NCBI GenBank assembly: GCA_964452935.1
Contig: CAYVNO010000001.1
Coordinates: forward strand, 25,537-89,536
Length of the DNA stretch: 64,000 bases
From: an uncultured Methanosarcinales archaeon
Lineage (GTDB): Archaea; Nanobdellota; Nanobdellia; Woesearchaeales; DSVV01
Reading direction: 5' to 3'
The notes under the pieces were generated by a model. That model was not told the origin of the DNA. It did no database searches and worked only from the letters and a program-made list of their open reading frames with translations. Position numbers and translations under genes: made by a program. Below are positions 38,823 through 48,414 of this stretch, piece by piece. How positions within the stretch are numbered: the first letter of the stretch is position 1; every line of letters begins with the position of its first letter.

Positions 38823-39683
38823 TTAAAGTACTTTGGCATTTTTTAGTGTATACAAGCTCAATCCTAATTCTACTAGCATGAATCCTGTTGTTACAATTAC
38901 TAATGTTGGTGACAATGTGTCCCAGAGCATTACTATTAATATTATTGCGAATAGGTAGAATATCCATCTTAAAATTATTGCATGAACAATTGTTTTTTGT
39001 TTGAAGTCTTTTCTGTGTCTTTGTGTTTTCTTTTTTAGTGTGTAGATGAAGAGTAGTATTGTTATTATGAAGAAAATTATTAATGCATAAATATCATATT
39101 CTTTTTGGAAATTGAGTAATGCTCTTGGTATTACTAAAAGATTCATTATGATTGCAAATATTATGTATGATATTGGAATGATTGAGATGTACTTTATTAT
39201 TTTATTTTTTATTGGTAGATATTCATATGTTGTTAGAAAACATAGTGTTACAAGATACCATGCGATAAAGTTTAATGCAGGCACTCCGAAGAATCCTTCT
39301 GTTGGTAAATAACCAATCCATGTCCAGTAACCTATTTTTACAGCAAATGGATCTATTGCGAAATCTATTAGAACTGCTAATAAGGGAGTTAAAAATAATC
39401 TTTGTAGTTTTGTTTTTGTTAGTTTTGTTGCAATAAGATATGATATAAATATTATCATTCCCCATGCGAGGATTACAAATAAGGGTGTTTTGTAGATTAA
39501 TAAGAAAGATGTGTCATAAAAGTATCCTCCTTCAATGTTTTTGAATATTACTGCATGAATGTTTTCAAAGATTACTGCAAATAATGTTGCTAGAAGTAAT
39601 AAATCTAGTTTTTTTATTTTTTTAGCTGTGTAAATAGTTAATGAATATAGTATTAAGATTGTAAATTCTATTATTAGGTTCAT
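38823..39683 (-). CDS. CruF/DUF422-like (carotenoid biosynthesis family) membrane protein
   Basis: PLFVILAW, DFAIDP..V..GYWTW and FFGVPALNFIAWY. Confidence 0.75.
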   Translation of the reverse strand: MNLIIEFTILILYSLTIYTAKKIKKLDLLLLATLFAVIFENIHAVIFKNIEGGYFYDTSFLLIYKTPLFVILAWGMIIFISYLIATKLTKTKLQRLFLTPLLAVLIDFAIDPFAVKIGYWTWIGYLPTEGFFGVPALNFIAWYLVTLCFLTTYEYLPIKNKIIKYISIIPISYIIFAIIMNLLVIPRALLNFQKEYDIYALIIFFIITILLFIYTLKKKTQRHRKDFKQKTIVHAIILRWIFYLFAIILIVMLWDTLSPTLVIVTTGFMLVELGLSLYTLKNAKVL

Positions 39684-39715
39684 AGAGAATTATTTGTGTA
39701 ATTAGTATTTATAGT

Positions 39716-40855
39716 TTACTCTTTGAATTCTTTCCCTATCTCTTTATATGCGTCACGGAAGGGCATGCCTTTTTTAACTAATTCATATGCTTTTTCTGTT
39801 GCAAAGAGTTCTTTTGTCATAGCTTTTTGTAGAGAATCTTTGTTAATTTCTATGTTTTCAACTATTAAATTCATTATTTTTAAAGATTTGAGGGTTTCTT
39901 TGAATCCTTTGATTATTGGTTCTTTTGTTAGCTGGAAATCTCGGTTATAGCCTGTCATAAGGTTTGAGATAATGTTTTTTACTGTGAATTCATACCCTAG
40001 AACAACATTATATTTTGCACGAATTAGTTCTAAACAATCTTGGTTGTTTTTCTGCGGCATTATTGAGCTGCCTGTGCAGAACTCTTTAGGTATTTTTATG
40101 TAGTTAAATTCCTGCATTGAGAATAGTATTAAATCTGTTGAGAGTTTGTTTAGTGTTTGCATTATATTTGTTAGTGTGTGAAGTGTTTGCGCTTCAAACT
40201 TTCCACGTGAGTTTGCACAATAGATTGGATTGGATTGTGTCTTTGAGAAATTTAACTCTTTTGTTGTTATTTCTTTGTCAATGTTTAGATTTGTTCCGAA
40301 ACCAGCTGCACTTCCTAACGGGTTTTGATTTAAGATTGTTAATTGAGTGTCTATTAGTTTTAGATCATCTTCTAACATGTCTTTAAAACTTGATAACCAT
40401 GTTTTAATAGTGGTGGGCATTGCTTTTTGCATGTGCGTATAGCCAGGCATGGGTGTGTTGTCTTCTTTTTCTAGTGTTTTAATTAGTGTTTTTGTTAATT
40501 CTTTTGTTTCTTTTAGTTTATCTATTATGTAAAGTCTTAGTGCTGTCATTACCTGATCATTTCGAGAACGTCCTGTGTGTATTTTTTTGCCTATTTCTCC
40601 TAAATAATTTTCAATTGCTGTATGACAGTCTTCGTCTGACTGTTTTATTTCAATGTTTGCTTCTGAAAGTTTTGTTTTTATTTCTGTTAACTCTTCATCT
40701 GTTAGGATTCCAATTTTATTTAGCATTTTTGCATGAGCGATTGAGGCTTTTATGTCGTATTTTATGAGTTCTTTGTCTAGTTTGTAGTCGTTTCCTACTG
40801 TGAATTCTTCTATTTCTTTGTTTATGTTATTTCCTTTATCCCAAAGTTTTGTCAT
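39716..40855 (-). CDS. argH: Argininosuccinate lyase
   Basis: [32 protein letters not shown] and GYNRDFQ. Confidence 0.95.
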   Translation of the reverse strand: MTKLWDKGNNINKEIEEFTVGNDYKLDKELIKYDIKASIAHAKMLNKIGILTDEELTEIKTKLSEANIEIKQSDEDCHTAIENYLGEIGKKIHTGRSRNDQVMTALRLYIIDKLKETKELTKTLIKTLEKEDNTPMPGYTHMQKAMPTTIKTWLSSFKDMLEDDLKLIDTQLTILNQNPLGSAAGFGTNLNIDKEITTKELNFSKTQSNPIYCANSRGKFEAQTLHTLTNIMQTLNKLSTDLILFSMQEFNYIKIPKEFCTGSSIMPQKNNQDCLELIRAKYNVVLGYEFTVKNIISNLMTGYNRDFQLTKEPIIKGFKETLKSLKIMNLIVENIEINKDSLQKAMTKELFATEKAYELVKKGMPFRDAYKEIGKEFKE

Positions 40856-42093
40856 TTTTCTAATGCCTCATCTATTCCAATGTCTCGTTTGTCTAAAAGG
40901 ACGTTATGTGCTTTTAGTCGTATTGCGTTTAGTTTAATGAATCCCTTTGCATCTGTTTGATCATATCCTCCTTCCATGTCCATACTTCCTAATTCTTGGT
41001 CATATAATGATGTTGGTGATATTCGTGCAATTGGTGTTACGTTTCCTTTGTATAAACTCAATGTTACTATACCATCTATTAGTTTTTGGCTTTGGTTGAA
41101 TGCTGCCATTAGGAAGTCCATTTCTGGAGAAAACCAGTAGCCGTTATAGATCAGTTCTGAAAATTTTGGTGCAAGGCTGTTTTTCATGTGCATTACTTCT
41201 CGGTCCATTGCAATCCCTTCGATATCTTTGTGAGCTGCCCAGAGAATTGTTGCACCAGGTGTTTCATAAACTCCTCGTGATTTGATTCCTAGATAACGAT
41301 TTTCTACCATGTCTATACGTCCTATTCCGTTTTCACTTCCTAGTTTGTTTAAGTATGTGAAAAGTTCTAATGGATCTGTTTTTATTGTGTTGTTGTGTTC
41401 AATTTTTATTGGTAGGCCATCTTTGAAATGTATTTTTATAATTGTTTCTTTGTCTGGAGCGTTTTTTGGAGAATTTGTTTTTGAGTATACACTTTCATCT
41501 GCTGTTTTATTTGGATCTTCTAGAATCCCAGCTTCATGGCTTATATGCATTAAATTATCATCTTCGCTAAATGGTTTTTTTAATGAGGCTTTTACTGGAA
41601 TGTTTTTTTCTTTTGCATAGTTGATCATATCTGTACGTCCTTTGAATTTATCCAGGAATTCTTTATCTTTCCATGGCGAAATAACTTTTATTTCTGGAGA
41701 TAGTGCGAAATAGGCCATTTCAAAACGTACTTGATCGTTTCCTTTTCCTGTTGCACCATGTGAAACATATTCTGCGTTTTCTTTTTTTGCAACTTCGATC
41801 TGATATTTTGAGATTATTGGTCTTGCTATTGCTGTACCTAGTAAATAAGTTCCTTCGTATAATGCGTTTCCTTTCATTGCTTGGAAGATGTAGTTAGTTA
41901 CAAACTCTTTTTTTAGATCTTTTATGTAAACTTTTGACGCTCCGATTGCTAATGCTTTGTTCTTTGCTTCTTCAAAATCTTCATCTTGTCCAACGTCAGC
42001 TATGTATGCTATTACTTCATAGCCTTTTTCTAATAGCCATTTGAGTATTACGCTTGTGTCTAATCCGCCTGAATATGCTAATACAACTTTCAT
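40852..42093 (-). CDS. argG: Argininosuccinate synthase
   Basis: [25 protein letters not shown] and [17 protein letters not shown]. Confidence 0.97.
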   Translation of the reverse strand: MKVVLAYSGGLDTSVILKWLLEKGYEVIAYIADVGQDEDFEEAKNKALAIGASKVYIKDLKKEFVTNYIFQAMKGNALYEGTYLLGTAIARPIISKYQIEVAKKENAEYVSHGATGKGNDQVRFEMAYFALSPEIKVISPWKDKEFLDKFKGRTDMINYAKEKNIPVKASLKKPFSEDDNLMHISHEAGILEDPNKTADESVYSKTNSPKNAPDKETIIKIHFKDGLPIKIEHNNTIKTDPLELFTYLNKLGSENGIGRIDMVENRYLGIKSRGVYETPGATILWAAHKDIEGIAMDREVMHMKNSLAPKFSELIYNGYWFSPEMDFLMAAFNQSQKLIDGIVTLSLYKGNVTPIARISPTSLYDQELGSMDMEGGYDQTDAKGFIKLNAIRLKAHNVLLDKRDIGIDEALEK

Positions 42094-42159
42094 GATTTTC
42101 ACCAATTCTAAGGATGAGTTTGTGCTTTTTATACTTATTGACCTGCTTTAGACTTAATT

Positions 42160-42173
42160 GGACATTAATGTCC
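42160..42173. promoter_or_regulatory. Perfect 14-bp palindrome between the divergent argGH and ACT-regulator promoters
   Basis: GGACATTAATGTCC, lying between two oppositely oriented TATA-like boxes. Confidence 0.55.
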
Positions 42174-42214
42174 GAAACAGAACATTTATATATTAGTTGA
42201 ATGTTATATTATGT

Positions 42215-42844
42215 ATGAACATAGCAAAAGAGACTGAATGTTATATTATGGATAGGCCTAGTATTAAGGATTGTGTTAAAAAAGACATGATAAATTACTC
42301 TAAATTAGCTAGAGCTGTGATTAGGGATTGTGGCATGGATGAGAAAGATTTTGATGCTGTGTTGATAGCTTGTAGAAGGGTTAGGGATAAGTTGAGTAAG
42401 GAAAAGAGTTTTGAGAAGCCGATTATTGATTTATTGAAGAAAAGTAAGGTAGAGATAAAGAATAAGATGATTGTGGGGATTGTTGAGAGATCTGTTAATT
42501 TTGATTTATTGGTTGAGATTGGGAAGGAGATTAAGAAACAGAAAGAGATATTACATCTGGTTGAAGGAACTAGTACATTTACTTTAATTACATCTGAAGA
42601 GTTTGAAGATTTGTTGAAGAATAATCTTGGTAGTAAACTAATAAAGATTGAGAAGAATTTGGTTGAGATAGTTATAAAGAGTTCTGAGGAGTTAGAGAGT
42701 ACACCTGGTGTTGTTGCTTACCTTTATTCTTTGTTTGGAGAATATGGAATCAATATTGCAGAAACCACAAGTTGTTGGACAGATACAATCTTTGTGATTG
42801 AAAAGAAATATTTGAGTAAAGCAGTTGAAGTGCTGAAGTTTTAG
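42215..42844 (+). CDS. ACT-domain-containing putative regulator
   Basis: N-terminal INYSKLAR helical domain and C-terminal TPGVVAYLYSLFGEYGINIAETTSCWTDTIFVI. Confidence 0.8.
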   Translation: MNIAKETECYIMDRPSIKDCVKKDMINYSKLARAVIRDCGMDEKDFDAVLIACRRVRDKLSKEKSFEKPIIDLLKKSKVEIKNKMIVGIVERSVNFDLLVEIGKEIKKQKEILHLVEGTSTFTLITSEEFEDLLKNNLGSKLIKIEKNLVEIVIKSSEELESTPGVVAYLYSLFGEYGINIAETTSCWTDTIFVIEKKYLSKAVEVLKF

Positions 42845-43440
42845 TAAACCGGTTTCAAAATAAAGAAAACAATCCACATTATTATAACAATTAGAATTAA
42901 TATTATTGTAGCTAACCATAGTCCTGGTGTTTTCATTACTGCAGGGCATGTTCTAAAATCATTCCAGGTATCTTTAAACACATTCTTTCCGTATGTTAGC
43001 CATGAAAATAAGAATATTCCAAAGTTGATTCCGTACATGAACACACAATACAAACAAAACACACCCAAAACAAATTTACAAATATAAAATAAGAATATTG
43101 AGTATAACACGCTAAAACAACCGATAACAAAGACATATCTTAACATAACTTTTCTTAAATCTTTGCCAAATACTGCGATAAATGTCATTAAAAATACTAA
43201 TGTGTATGTTATTAATCCTAAGAATGCTATTGGTATCCCAAACATTTCAGAGTATGAGCTAGTGTTTACTGCGTCACAATTAAATATCTCAGAAACATTG
43301 CAGTTAGATGGTGTGCCATCATAGTCTGGGCTTAATAGATAATAATGAAGTTTAGTCAGAGAATAACCAAAATACATGCCAGATAAGGCTAGAATCAGTA
43401 TAAGAACCATAAATGTGTAATTTAAGTATTTGTTTTTCAT
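42841..43440 (-). CDS. Vitamin K epoxide reductase (VKOR) family protein
   Basis: CNVSEIFNCDAVNTSSYSEMFGIP and CLYC. Confidence 0.9.
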   Translation of the reverse strand: MKNKYLNYTFMVLILILALSGMYFGYSLTKLHYYLLSPDYDGTPSNCNVSEIFNCDAVNTSSYSEMFGIPIAFLGLITYTLVFLMTFIAVFGKDLRKVMLRYVFVIGCFSVLYSIFLFYICKFVLGVFCLYCVFMYGINFGIFLFSWLTYGKNVFKDTWNDFRTCPAVMKTPGLWLATIILILIVIIMWIVFFILKPVY

Positions 43441-43694
43441 TATATCATCTCTAAAGCAGAGACAATGTTCCATATCTGTGTTCTTGTATATGCTTGCATG
43501 TTTGTGTCATCTGATAGTTCGTCAAGAACATTCAATGCTTTATTTACTCTCATTGATACTTCTGATTCTTCTTTTAGTGTTTTTATGACTTCTTCTATCT
43601 TTGATTTAACATTCTTTGGTACTGTGTTATCCTCTTGTAGTTCTTTTAGAGAGTCAATTATGTTCTTCATGTTTTCTTCTGTCATTTTAATCAT
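43440..43694 (-). CDS. UPF0147 family protein
   Basis: EDNTVPKNVK...LDELSDDTNMQAYTRTQIWNIVSALE. Confidence 0.88.
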   Translation of the reverse strand: MIKMTEENMKNIIDSLKELQEDNTVPKNVKSKIEEVIKTLKEESEVSMRVNKALNVLDELSDDTNMQAYTRTQIWNIVSALEMI

Positions 43695-44021
43695 TTCTTT
43701 TCTTTCTTTTCCATCTCTGTCATTACTTCTTTTCTAAGGCCTTCAGCTTTTTCTTTTAGGCTGTTTTCTTGTTTTTCGAATGTTTTAACTCTTATTTCTG
43801 TCATCTCTTTTTTAGATGTTAAATCCTTTTCTAGGTCCTCTTTTGAAGATGAGACCATTATGTTGCCAACTATTTTGTATGCTTTTTCTGTCTTTTATCT
43901 CTTTAAGAGCAGAATCAATTTCCATTAATTGCATTTGGAATTGTTGTTTCTGAGATAATGTTTGTTGCATATTTTGTTCAATCATTTGCAACTGTTGCAT
44001 TTTTTCTTCAGTATTTTTCAT
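43691..44021 (-). CDS. pfdB: Prefoldin beta subunit, frameshifted near 43885-43892
   Basis: QQLQMIEQNMQQTLSQKQQFQMQLMEIDSALKEI in one frame, then KAYKIVGNIMVSSSKEDLEKDL...IRVKTFEKQE in another. Confidence 0.88.
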
Positions 44022-44022
44022 T

Positions 44023-44253
44023 TTACCTACCTCCGGCTTTGGTGTATGTGGTTAATAATTTTGTTATTGAATTTAATGTTGCCCTTAGGGCTGTTGAGTC
44101 TTCAGCAGTTATTTTGAATATTATCTTTTTACTATCTTTTTTCATTACTGTTTTAGATCTTTTGTTTTGTAACGATATAATCTCTGGTTTCAATGCTTTT
44201 GATAAGAGATTAACATTAATATCTTTAACTTCGATTGTTGTAGTTAACTTCAT
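44023..44253 (-). CDS. pcc1: KEOPS complex subunit Pcc1
   Basis: ALKPE...RS...ITAEDSTALRATLNS. Confidence 0.88.
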   Translation of the reverse strand: MKLTTTIEVKDINVNLLSKALKPEIISLQNKRSKTVMKKDSKKIIFKITAEDSTALRATLNSITKLLTTYTKAGGR

Positions 44254-44387
44254 CTTGCTTTGACTTTAGTAGTAGTAGTTCTAGGTTTGAAAAGCATTTT
44301 TGAACCACAGTAAGGGCATCTAATCTTTTTTCTTAAATAATCTTCTCCAACATTCTTGTTACAGTTAAAGCATTTATATTCAACCAT
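44250..44387 (-). CDS. rpoP: RNA polymerase subunit Rpo12 (P)
   Basis: Manual translation: MVEYKCFNCNKNVGEDYLRKKIRCPYCGSKMLFKPRTTTTKVKAR. Confidence 0.93.
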   Translation of the reverse strand: MVEYKCFNCNKNVGEDYLRKKIRCPYCGSKMLFKPRTTTTKVKAR

Positions 44388-44389
44388 TT

Positions 44390-44653
44390 TTATTCACCAG
44401 ATTTTTCTTTTTTTGCAACTACTTTTTTTGTCTTCTTTTTGCTAATTGTGTAAGCTTTTGCTGTAAACTTTGAGTCGCACTTGGAACAGTTCCAGATTCC
44501 TGCAGCCAATCTTTTTATTCCATTTATTTTGTTACAATAAGGACATTTATGTTTTTTCTTTTGTTCTTTTTCAACTATTTCTAACTTGTTTCTAATTCTT
44601 CTACCATATCTTGATCCAAATCTTTTTGTTGATCCTAATCTTTTCTTTGCCAT
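44390..44653 (-). CDS. rpl37ae: 50S ribosomal protein eL43 (L37ae)
   Basis: RFGSRYG...CPYC...AAGIWNCSKC. The true ATG is at 44653 after AGGTGA. Confidence 0.95.
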   Translation of the reverse strand: MAKKRLGSTKRFGSRYGRRIRNKLEIVEKEQKKKHKCPYCNKINGIKRLAAGIWNCSKCDSKFTAKAYTISKKKTKKVVAKKEKSGE

Positions 44654-44681
44654 TTGATTCACCTTATGATTCCGTATAATA

Positions 44682-44778
44682 TGGGGCTGCCCGGACATTC
44701 GTTGCTTTTTAAGCGATTTCGAACCGGGGTTACCTGGTCCCAAACCAGGAAGGATAGACCAAACTACCCTACAGCCCC
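44682..44778 (-). tRNA. tRNA-Pro(UGG) with a 22-nt intron at position 59/60 (44696-44717)
   Basis: Acceptor stem GGGGCTG/CAGCCCC-A, anticodon arm CCTGG-TTTGGGA-CCAGG, T arm CCCGG-TTCGAA[intron]T-CCGGG. No encoded CCA. Confidence 0.93.
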
Positions 44779-44864
44779 TTTGTAGTATTGGAGTCATTAG
44801 TGATGCTATTTAAAGCTTTCTCTTTATTTGTATATATAATTGCTTTATAAACCCCTTTTTGGGC

Positions 44865-45521
44865 TTATTCTGTCTCTGTTAGGTTTAGATACCCTTTATC
44901 ACTCCATATAAGAACTCCCCTATCATATAATTCCTTGATTACTGGGTCGCTTTTATTGATATTTGTTTTTGTTATACTTATGAGTTTTATGCTATCTATG
45001 TCTAATAATGGGGATAGATCTGTAACAGGTGTGCTACGGAAGCTGACTTCTTCTAGTTGTTGCATACATACTAGAACTGAGATATCTGATACTTTGGTTT
45101 TTGCTAGGTCTAGTGCTTTGAGATTTGTTAATCTACCAAGACATGATATGTTGTCTATTTTACTGAACCCATCTAATGATAGTCCTGTTAGCTCTGTCAT
45201 GTCCATTACCTGATATAATGCTTTGCTCCCTAATTGATTAGAAAGTCTTTTGAATTTATTATGGCTTGAGCTATATATAACTGGGCCGTAATGATGCAGC
45301 GTGCTATGGTTTCGTGTTACTGTTCTTATTTCTATTAAATGGTTAGTTTTGTTTTCGATATCTGTGATATTTATTGAGCATATATCGTACTTCTTACCAA
45401 AAATTATTTCAGAGAATTTAGGTGCCATAAATGATGCAAAACCTGCTATTATTAAGGAGAATATTAATGCTAGAACAGCTATAATAATAAGTATTATTCT
45501 GAATTTAGCTTTTTTATCCAT
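44865..45521 (-). CDS. Membrane-anchored leucine-rich-repeat protein
   Basis: N-terminal TM segment, then LTNLKALDLAKTKVSDISVL and LEEVSFRSTPVTDLSPL repeats. Confidence 0.8.
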   Translation of the reverse strand: MDKKAKFRIILIIIAVLALIFSLIIAGFASFMAPKFSEIIFGKKYDICSINITDIENKTNHLIEIRTVTRNHSTLHHYGPVIYSSSHNKFKRLSNQLGSKALYQVMDMTELTGLSLDGFSKIDNISCLGRLTNLKALDLAKTKVSDISVLVCMQQLEEVSFRSTPVTDLSPLLDIDSIKLISITKTNINKSDPVIKELYDRGVLIWSDKGYLNLTETE

Positions 45522-45575
45522 ATTTTGAATATTGTTCTAGTAATATTTATAAAGATGCCTGTTTTTATGCTGGTT

Positions 45576-46676
45576 ATGGCAGTTACTAGTGCTCAGAAAT
45601 TTAAGATGAAGAAGTTTATCAAAGAGTTGTCTAAACATAGGGGTAGACATACTGAGTTAGTTAGTGTTTATGTTCCTGCAGGGTACGAGATTACTAAGAT
45701 TATTAATCATTTATCTCAGGAGCAAGGGACAGCAACTAATATTAAATCTACTGCTACTAGGAAAAATGTTATTGATGCTCTTGAAAGAATGATACAACAT
45801 TTGAGGTTGTATAAGAAAACGCCTGAGAACGGACTTGTTGCTTTTTCAGGAAATGTGGCTGAGAGAGAGGGACAGAGTGATGTTCAAGTTTGGAGTCTAG
45901 AACCTCCTGTACCAATGAATCAGAGATTATATAGGTGTGATAAACAGTTTATTTTAGATCCTTTAATTGATATTTGTGAGACAAAAGAAGCTTATGGTTT
46001 GATTGTTATGGATAGAAGGGATGCAAATATTGCTTTACTTCGTGGAAAGGCAATTATTCCTTTAGTTAAAACACACTCAGAAGTTCCTGGAAAGTTCCGA
46101 GCTGGAGGTCAGAGTGCTCAACGTTTTGCACGATTAAGAGAAGGTGCTGCAAAAGATCATTATAAAAAGGTTGCAGAGTATGTTAAAGAACAGTTTTTGC
46201 ATATGAAAGATTTGAAAGGTATTCTAGTTGGTGGTCCTGGTCCGACAAAGTATGATTTTGTTGAAGGGAATTATATTACAGATCAGTTAAAGCAGAAAAT
46301 AATTGCAATAAAAGATTTATCATATACAGAAGAGTTTGGTTTGCAGGAATTGTTAGATAAATCTCAGGATGTTTTGGCAGATGAAGAGGTTGCCGATGAG
46401 AAGAAGTTAATGCAAAAGTTTTTTCAGTTTTTATCAACAAAGCCGGGAATGGTTTCTTATGGTGAGAAAGAGGTCAAACATTTTTTAGAGACAGGAACTG
46501 TTGATACTCTTTTGTTATCTGAAGCTTTGGAAGATGAAGAGATTGAAGAGTTTGAAGAAAAGGCAAAAGAGATGGGTAGTGAGGTTAAAATTATTTCTGT
46601 AGAAACAAGAGAAGGTGTTCAGTTAAGAGATATGGGAAAAATAGCAGCAATTCTTAGGTATGATACTAGTCATTAG
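45576..46676 (+). CDS. prf1: Peptide chain release factor aRF1
   Basis: TATNIKS, YRCD and GKFRAGGQSAQRF. Confidence 0.97.
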   Translation: MAVTSAQKFKMKKFIKELSKHRGRHTELVSVYVPAGYEITKIINHLSQEQGTATNIKSTATRKNVIDALERMIQHLRLYKKTPENGLVAFSGNVAEREGQSDVQVWSLEPPVPMNQRLYRCDKQFILDPLIDICETKEAYGLIVMDRRDANIALLRGKAIIPLVKTHSEVPGKFRAGGQSAQRFARLREGAAKDHYKKVAEYVKEQFLHMKDLKGILVGGPGPTKYDFVEGNYITDQLKQKIIAIKDLSYTEEFGLQELLDKSQDVLADEEVADEKKLMQKFFQFLSTKPGMVSYGEKEVKHFLETGTVDTLLLSEALEDEEIEEFEEKAKEMGSEVKIISVETREGVQLRDMGKIAAILRYDTSH

Positions 46677-47584
46677 AATAATTTTCCTGGTGATAAAAGT
46701 CTAGATCTTCTTGAGTCACTTAGCTCTCTTTTTGTTCTACCTTGGTCATAGAATGCTTTTACAATTTCTTGTGTTAATCTGTTTCCTATTTGTGGTACTT
46801 CTTCTCTCATATAACCTGCTCTGAATCCTTGAAATGCTGGGAGTTGTTTTATGTCTTCTGTTAATCTGCCATCTTCTCTGTTTGTGATGCAACATTTATG
46901 GGTTCTTTCATAACTTGCTCCATAATAGTCATAGAAAGCGTCTTCAGAAGCTACTTCTATTGCTTCTCGAATTGAGGTTGCTTCATGAACAGTTATTGTG
47001 TTCTGTCCTGCCATACGAATCTCTAGTTCTGATAAAGGACAGATGTTCATTGGGTTTTGAGATAGTCTGAATTGAATTAGTGTGTATAAATTATCTGTGT
47101 TATGTTCATAGATTAGTGTTACCCTTCCTGTTGTTTTGTCGTTTTCTTGTTCAAAAAATCTGTATTTTATTGGATGGATCGATAACCATGATCCAATGTT
47201 TGTTCCGCCATGTTCTGTTCCTACTGGAATTCTTCTTGTGTTTCTTAGGATTTCTTCAGCTGTGTCATTGCTTTGTACTCCCACAATTTGAGTAATAATT
47301 TCATCATGAGGGTGGGTGTGAGTTGGGATTGTTGTAAGAGCAGCATAACCATTTTCTAATCCTGATTGATATTCAACTCTAACTCCTTGTTCATTATATA
47401 CTAAATGGCTGTGGAGAGGTTTATGTCCTTCAATTAGTGTTAGATTCCCTAGTGCAATACCTCTCTCTTTCTTTTCTCTTTCTTGTTCTAATGAGAGAGT
47501 ATGTAAAGCTTTTTGATCTTGTCTGAGAATTGCATCTAGATTTCTTAGGTCAGTAATTGTGTATATGTTTATTTGTGAGGTCAT
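46673..47584 (-). CDS. Hypothetical protein
   Basis: Likely start MTSQ at 47584, with TTTATAAA about 25 nt upstream. No recognised family. Confidence 0.55.
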   Translation of the reverse strand: MTSQINIYTITDLRNLDAILRQDQKALHTLSLEQEREKKERGIALGNLTLIEGHKPLHSHLVYNEQGVRVEYQSGLENGYAALTTIPTHTHPHDEIITQIVGVQSNDTAEEILRNTRRIPVGTEHGGTNIGSWLSIHPIKYRFFEQENDKTTGRVTLIYEHNTDNLYTLIQFRLSQNPMNICPLSELEIRMAGQNTITVHEATSIREAIEVASEDAFYDYYGASYERTHKCCITNREDGRLTEDIKQLPAFQGFRAGYMREEVPQIGNRLTQEIVKAFYDQGRTKRELSDSRRSRLLSPGKLF

Positions 47585-47645
47585 ATATGGAGGTAATCTA
47601 AGTGTTTTTATAAATGTTATTCTGGCTGGTTTCTGAAGGATAGAC

Positions 47646-47697
47646 AGTTGCTCCTTGCGGAGCAACCGCTCATAACCTCTTGTGAGTCGTTTATGAG
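47646..47697 (-). repeat. Double-hairpin element, copy A
   Basis: AGTTGCTCC-TTGC-GGAGCAACC plus GCTCATAACCTCTTGTGAGTCGTTTATGAG. Confidence 0.85.
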
Positions 47698-48317
47698 GGT
47701 GATTCGTATTTGCCTTCAATTGTATTTGTTATGATTTTTGAATCATATTCCTTTATACTATGGCCAATAAGATAGTCTTTCTTTATTTTATTCATTCTTT
47801 TATTTGTCTTTTCATAATTAGAATTTCTAACATAATGGCCAATGGTTGCTCCAATGATTGGTGTTGCTATGGCTGTTCCTCCTACTGCCATTCCTGCAAC
47901 TTTTAATGTTTGATTTGGTTCTATTCCATATTCTAATTCTAAAATAAGTGTCCCAAATATAGTAAGGGTTGTTGCAGCTAGTCCTAACTGTATTCCTAAT
48001 ACATGCATTACAGCGTAGCACATTCCTAAAGTGTCCTCAAATGTTTCACAGAAGCTTGTTTTTGACTTTAATTTGTTTATTTCTTTTTCTAAATTGAGTG
48101 GATCTTCATTCGGTATCTTAAATACATATGTTCCTTGATATTCATTACTTAATCCTTGTGGGAATAGATAAATCTGAGAATCATTTGTGTCTTTTCTGTA
48201 CATTTTTCCGATCTTTTTGTATCCTTCTCCTTTTAATCGCTCTGATAATTCTTTCTTGTGTTCTCTACTCTTTCTAGCTAATGTACAAATTGTTTCAAGT
48301 TGTGGTGTTTCATTCAT
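47691..48317 (-). CDS. Hypothetical membrane protein (2 TM segments)
   Basis: Two hydrophobic Gly/Ala-rich segments, flanked by the repeat copies. Confidence 0.6.
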   Translation of the reverse strand: MNETPQLETICTLARKSREHKKELSERLKGEGYKKIGKMYRKDTNDSQIYLFPQGLSNEYQGTYVFKIPNEDPLNLEKEINKLKSKTSFCETFEDTLGMCYAVMHVLGIQLGLAATTLTIFGTLILELEYGIEPNQTLKVAGMAVGGTAIATPIIGATIGHYVRNSNYEKTNKRMNKIKKDYLIGHSIKEYDSKIITNTIEGKYESPS

Positions 48318-48333
48318 TTTATTTACCTGTTAA

Positions 48334-48398
48334 AGTTACTCCTGCTGCAACTAATGCAGCAAGAGAACTGCTCATAACTCTTGTGAGTCGTTTATGAG
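48334..48398 (-). repeat. Double-hairpin element, copy B
   Basis: AGTTACTCCTGCTGCA-ACTAA-TGCAGCAAGAGAACT plus GCTCATAACTCTTGTGAGTCGTTTATGAG. Confidence 0.85.
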
Positions 48399-48414
48399 TG
48401 TTTTTTTAGTCATT

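Noticed and set aside
44654..44797. N-terminal extension of rpl37ae in the ORF track (MTPILQRG...)
   Set aside because: It is a read-through of the tRNA-Pro gene. The true start is 44653, after an SD.
47585..47719. N-terminal extension of ORF 46673-47719
   Set aside because: It runs through the hairpin repeat and a TATA box. The start at 47584 is more plausible.
47646..48398. Canonical integron attC sites
   Set aside because: The conserved hairpin is only about 30 nt, the R/L box spacing does not fit and no intI is present. I kept it only as an unclassified repeat.
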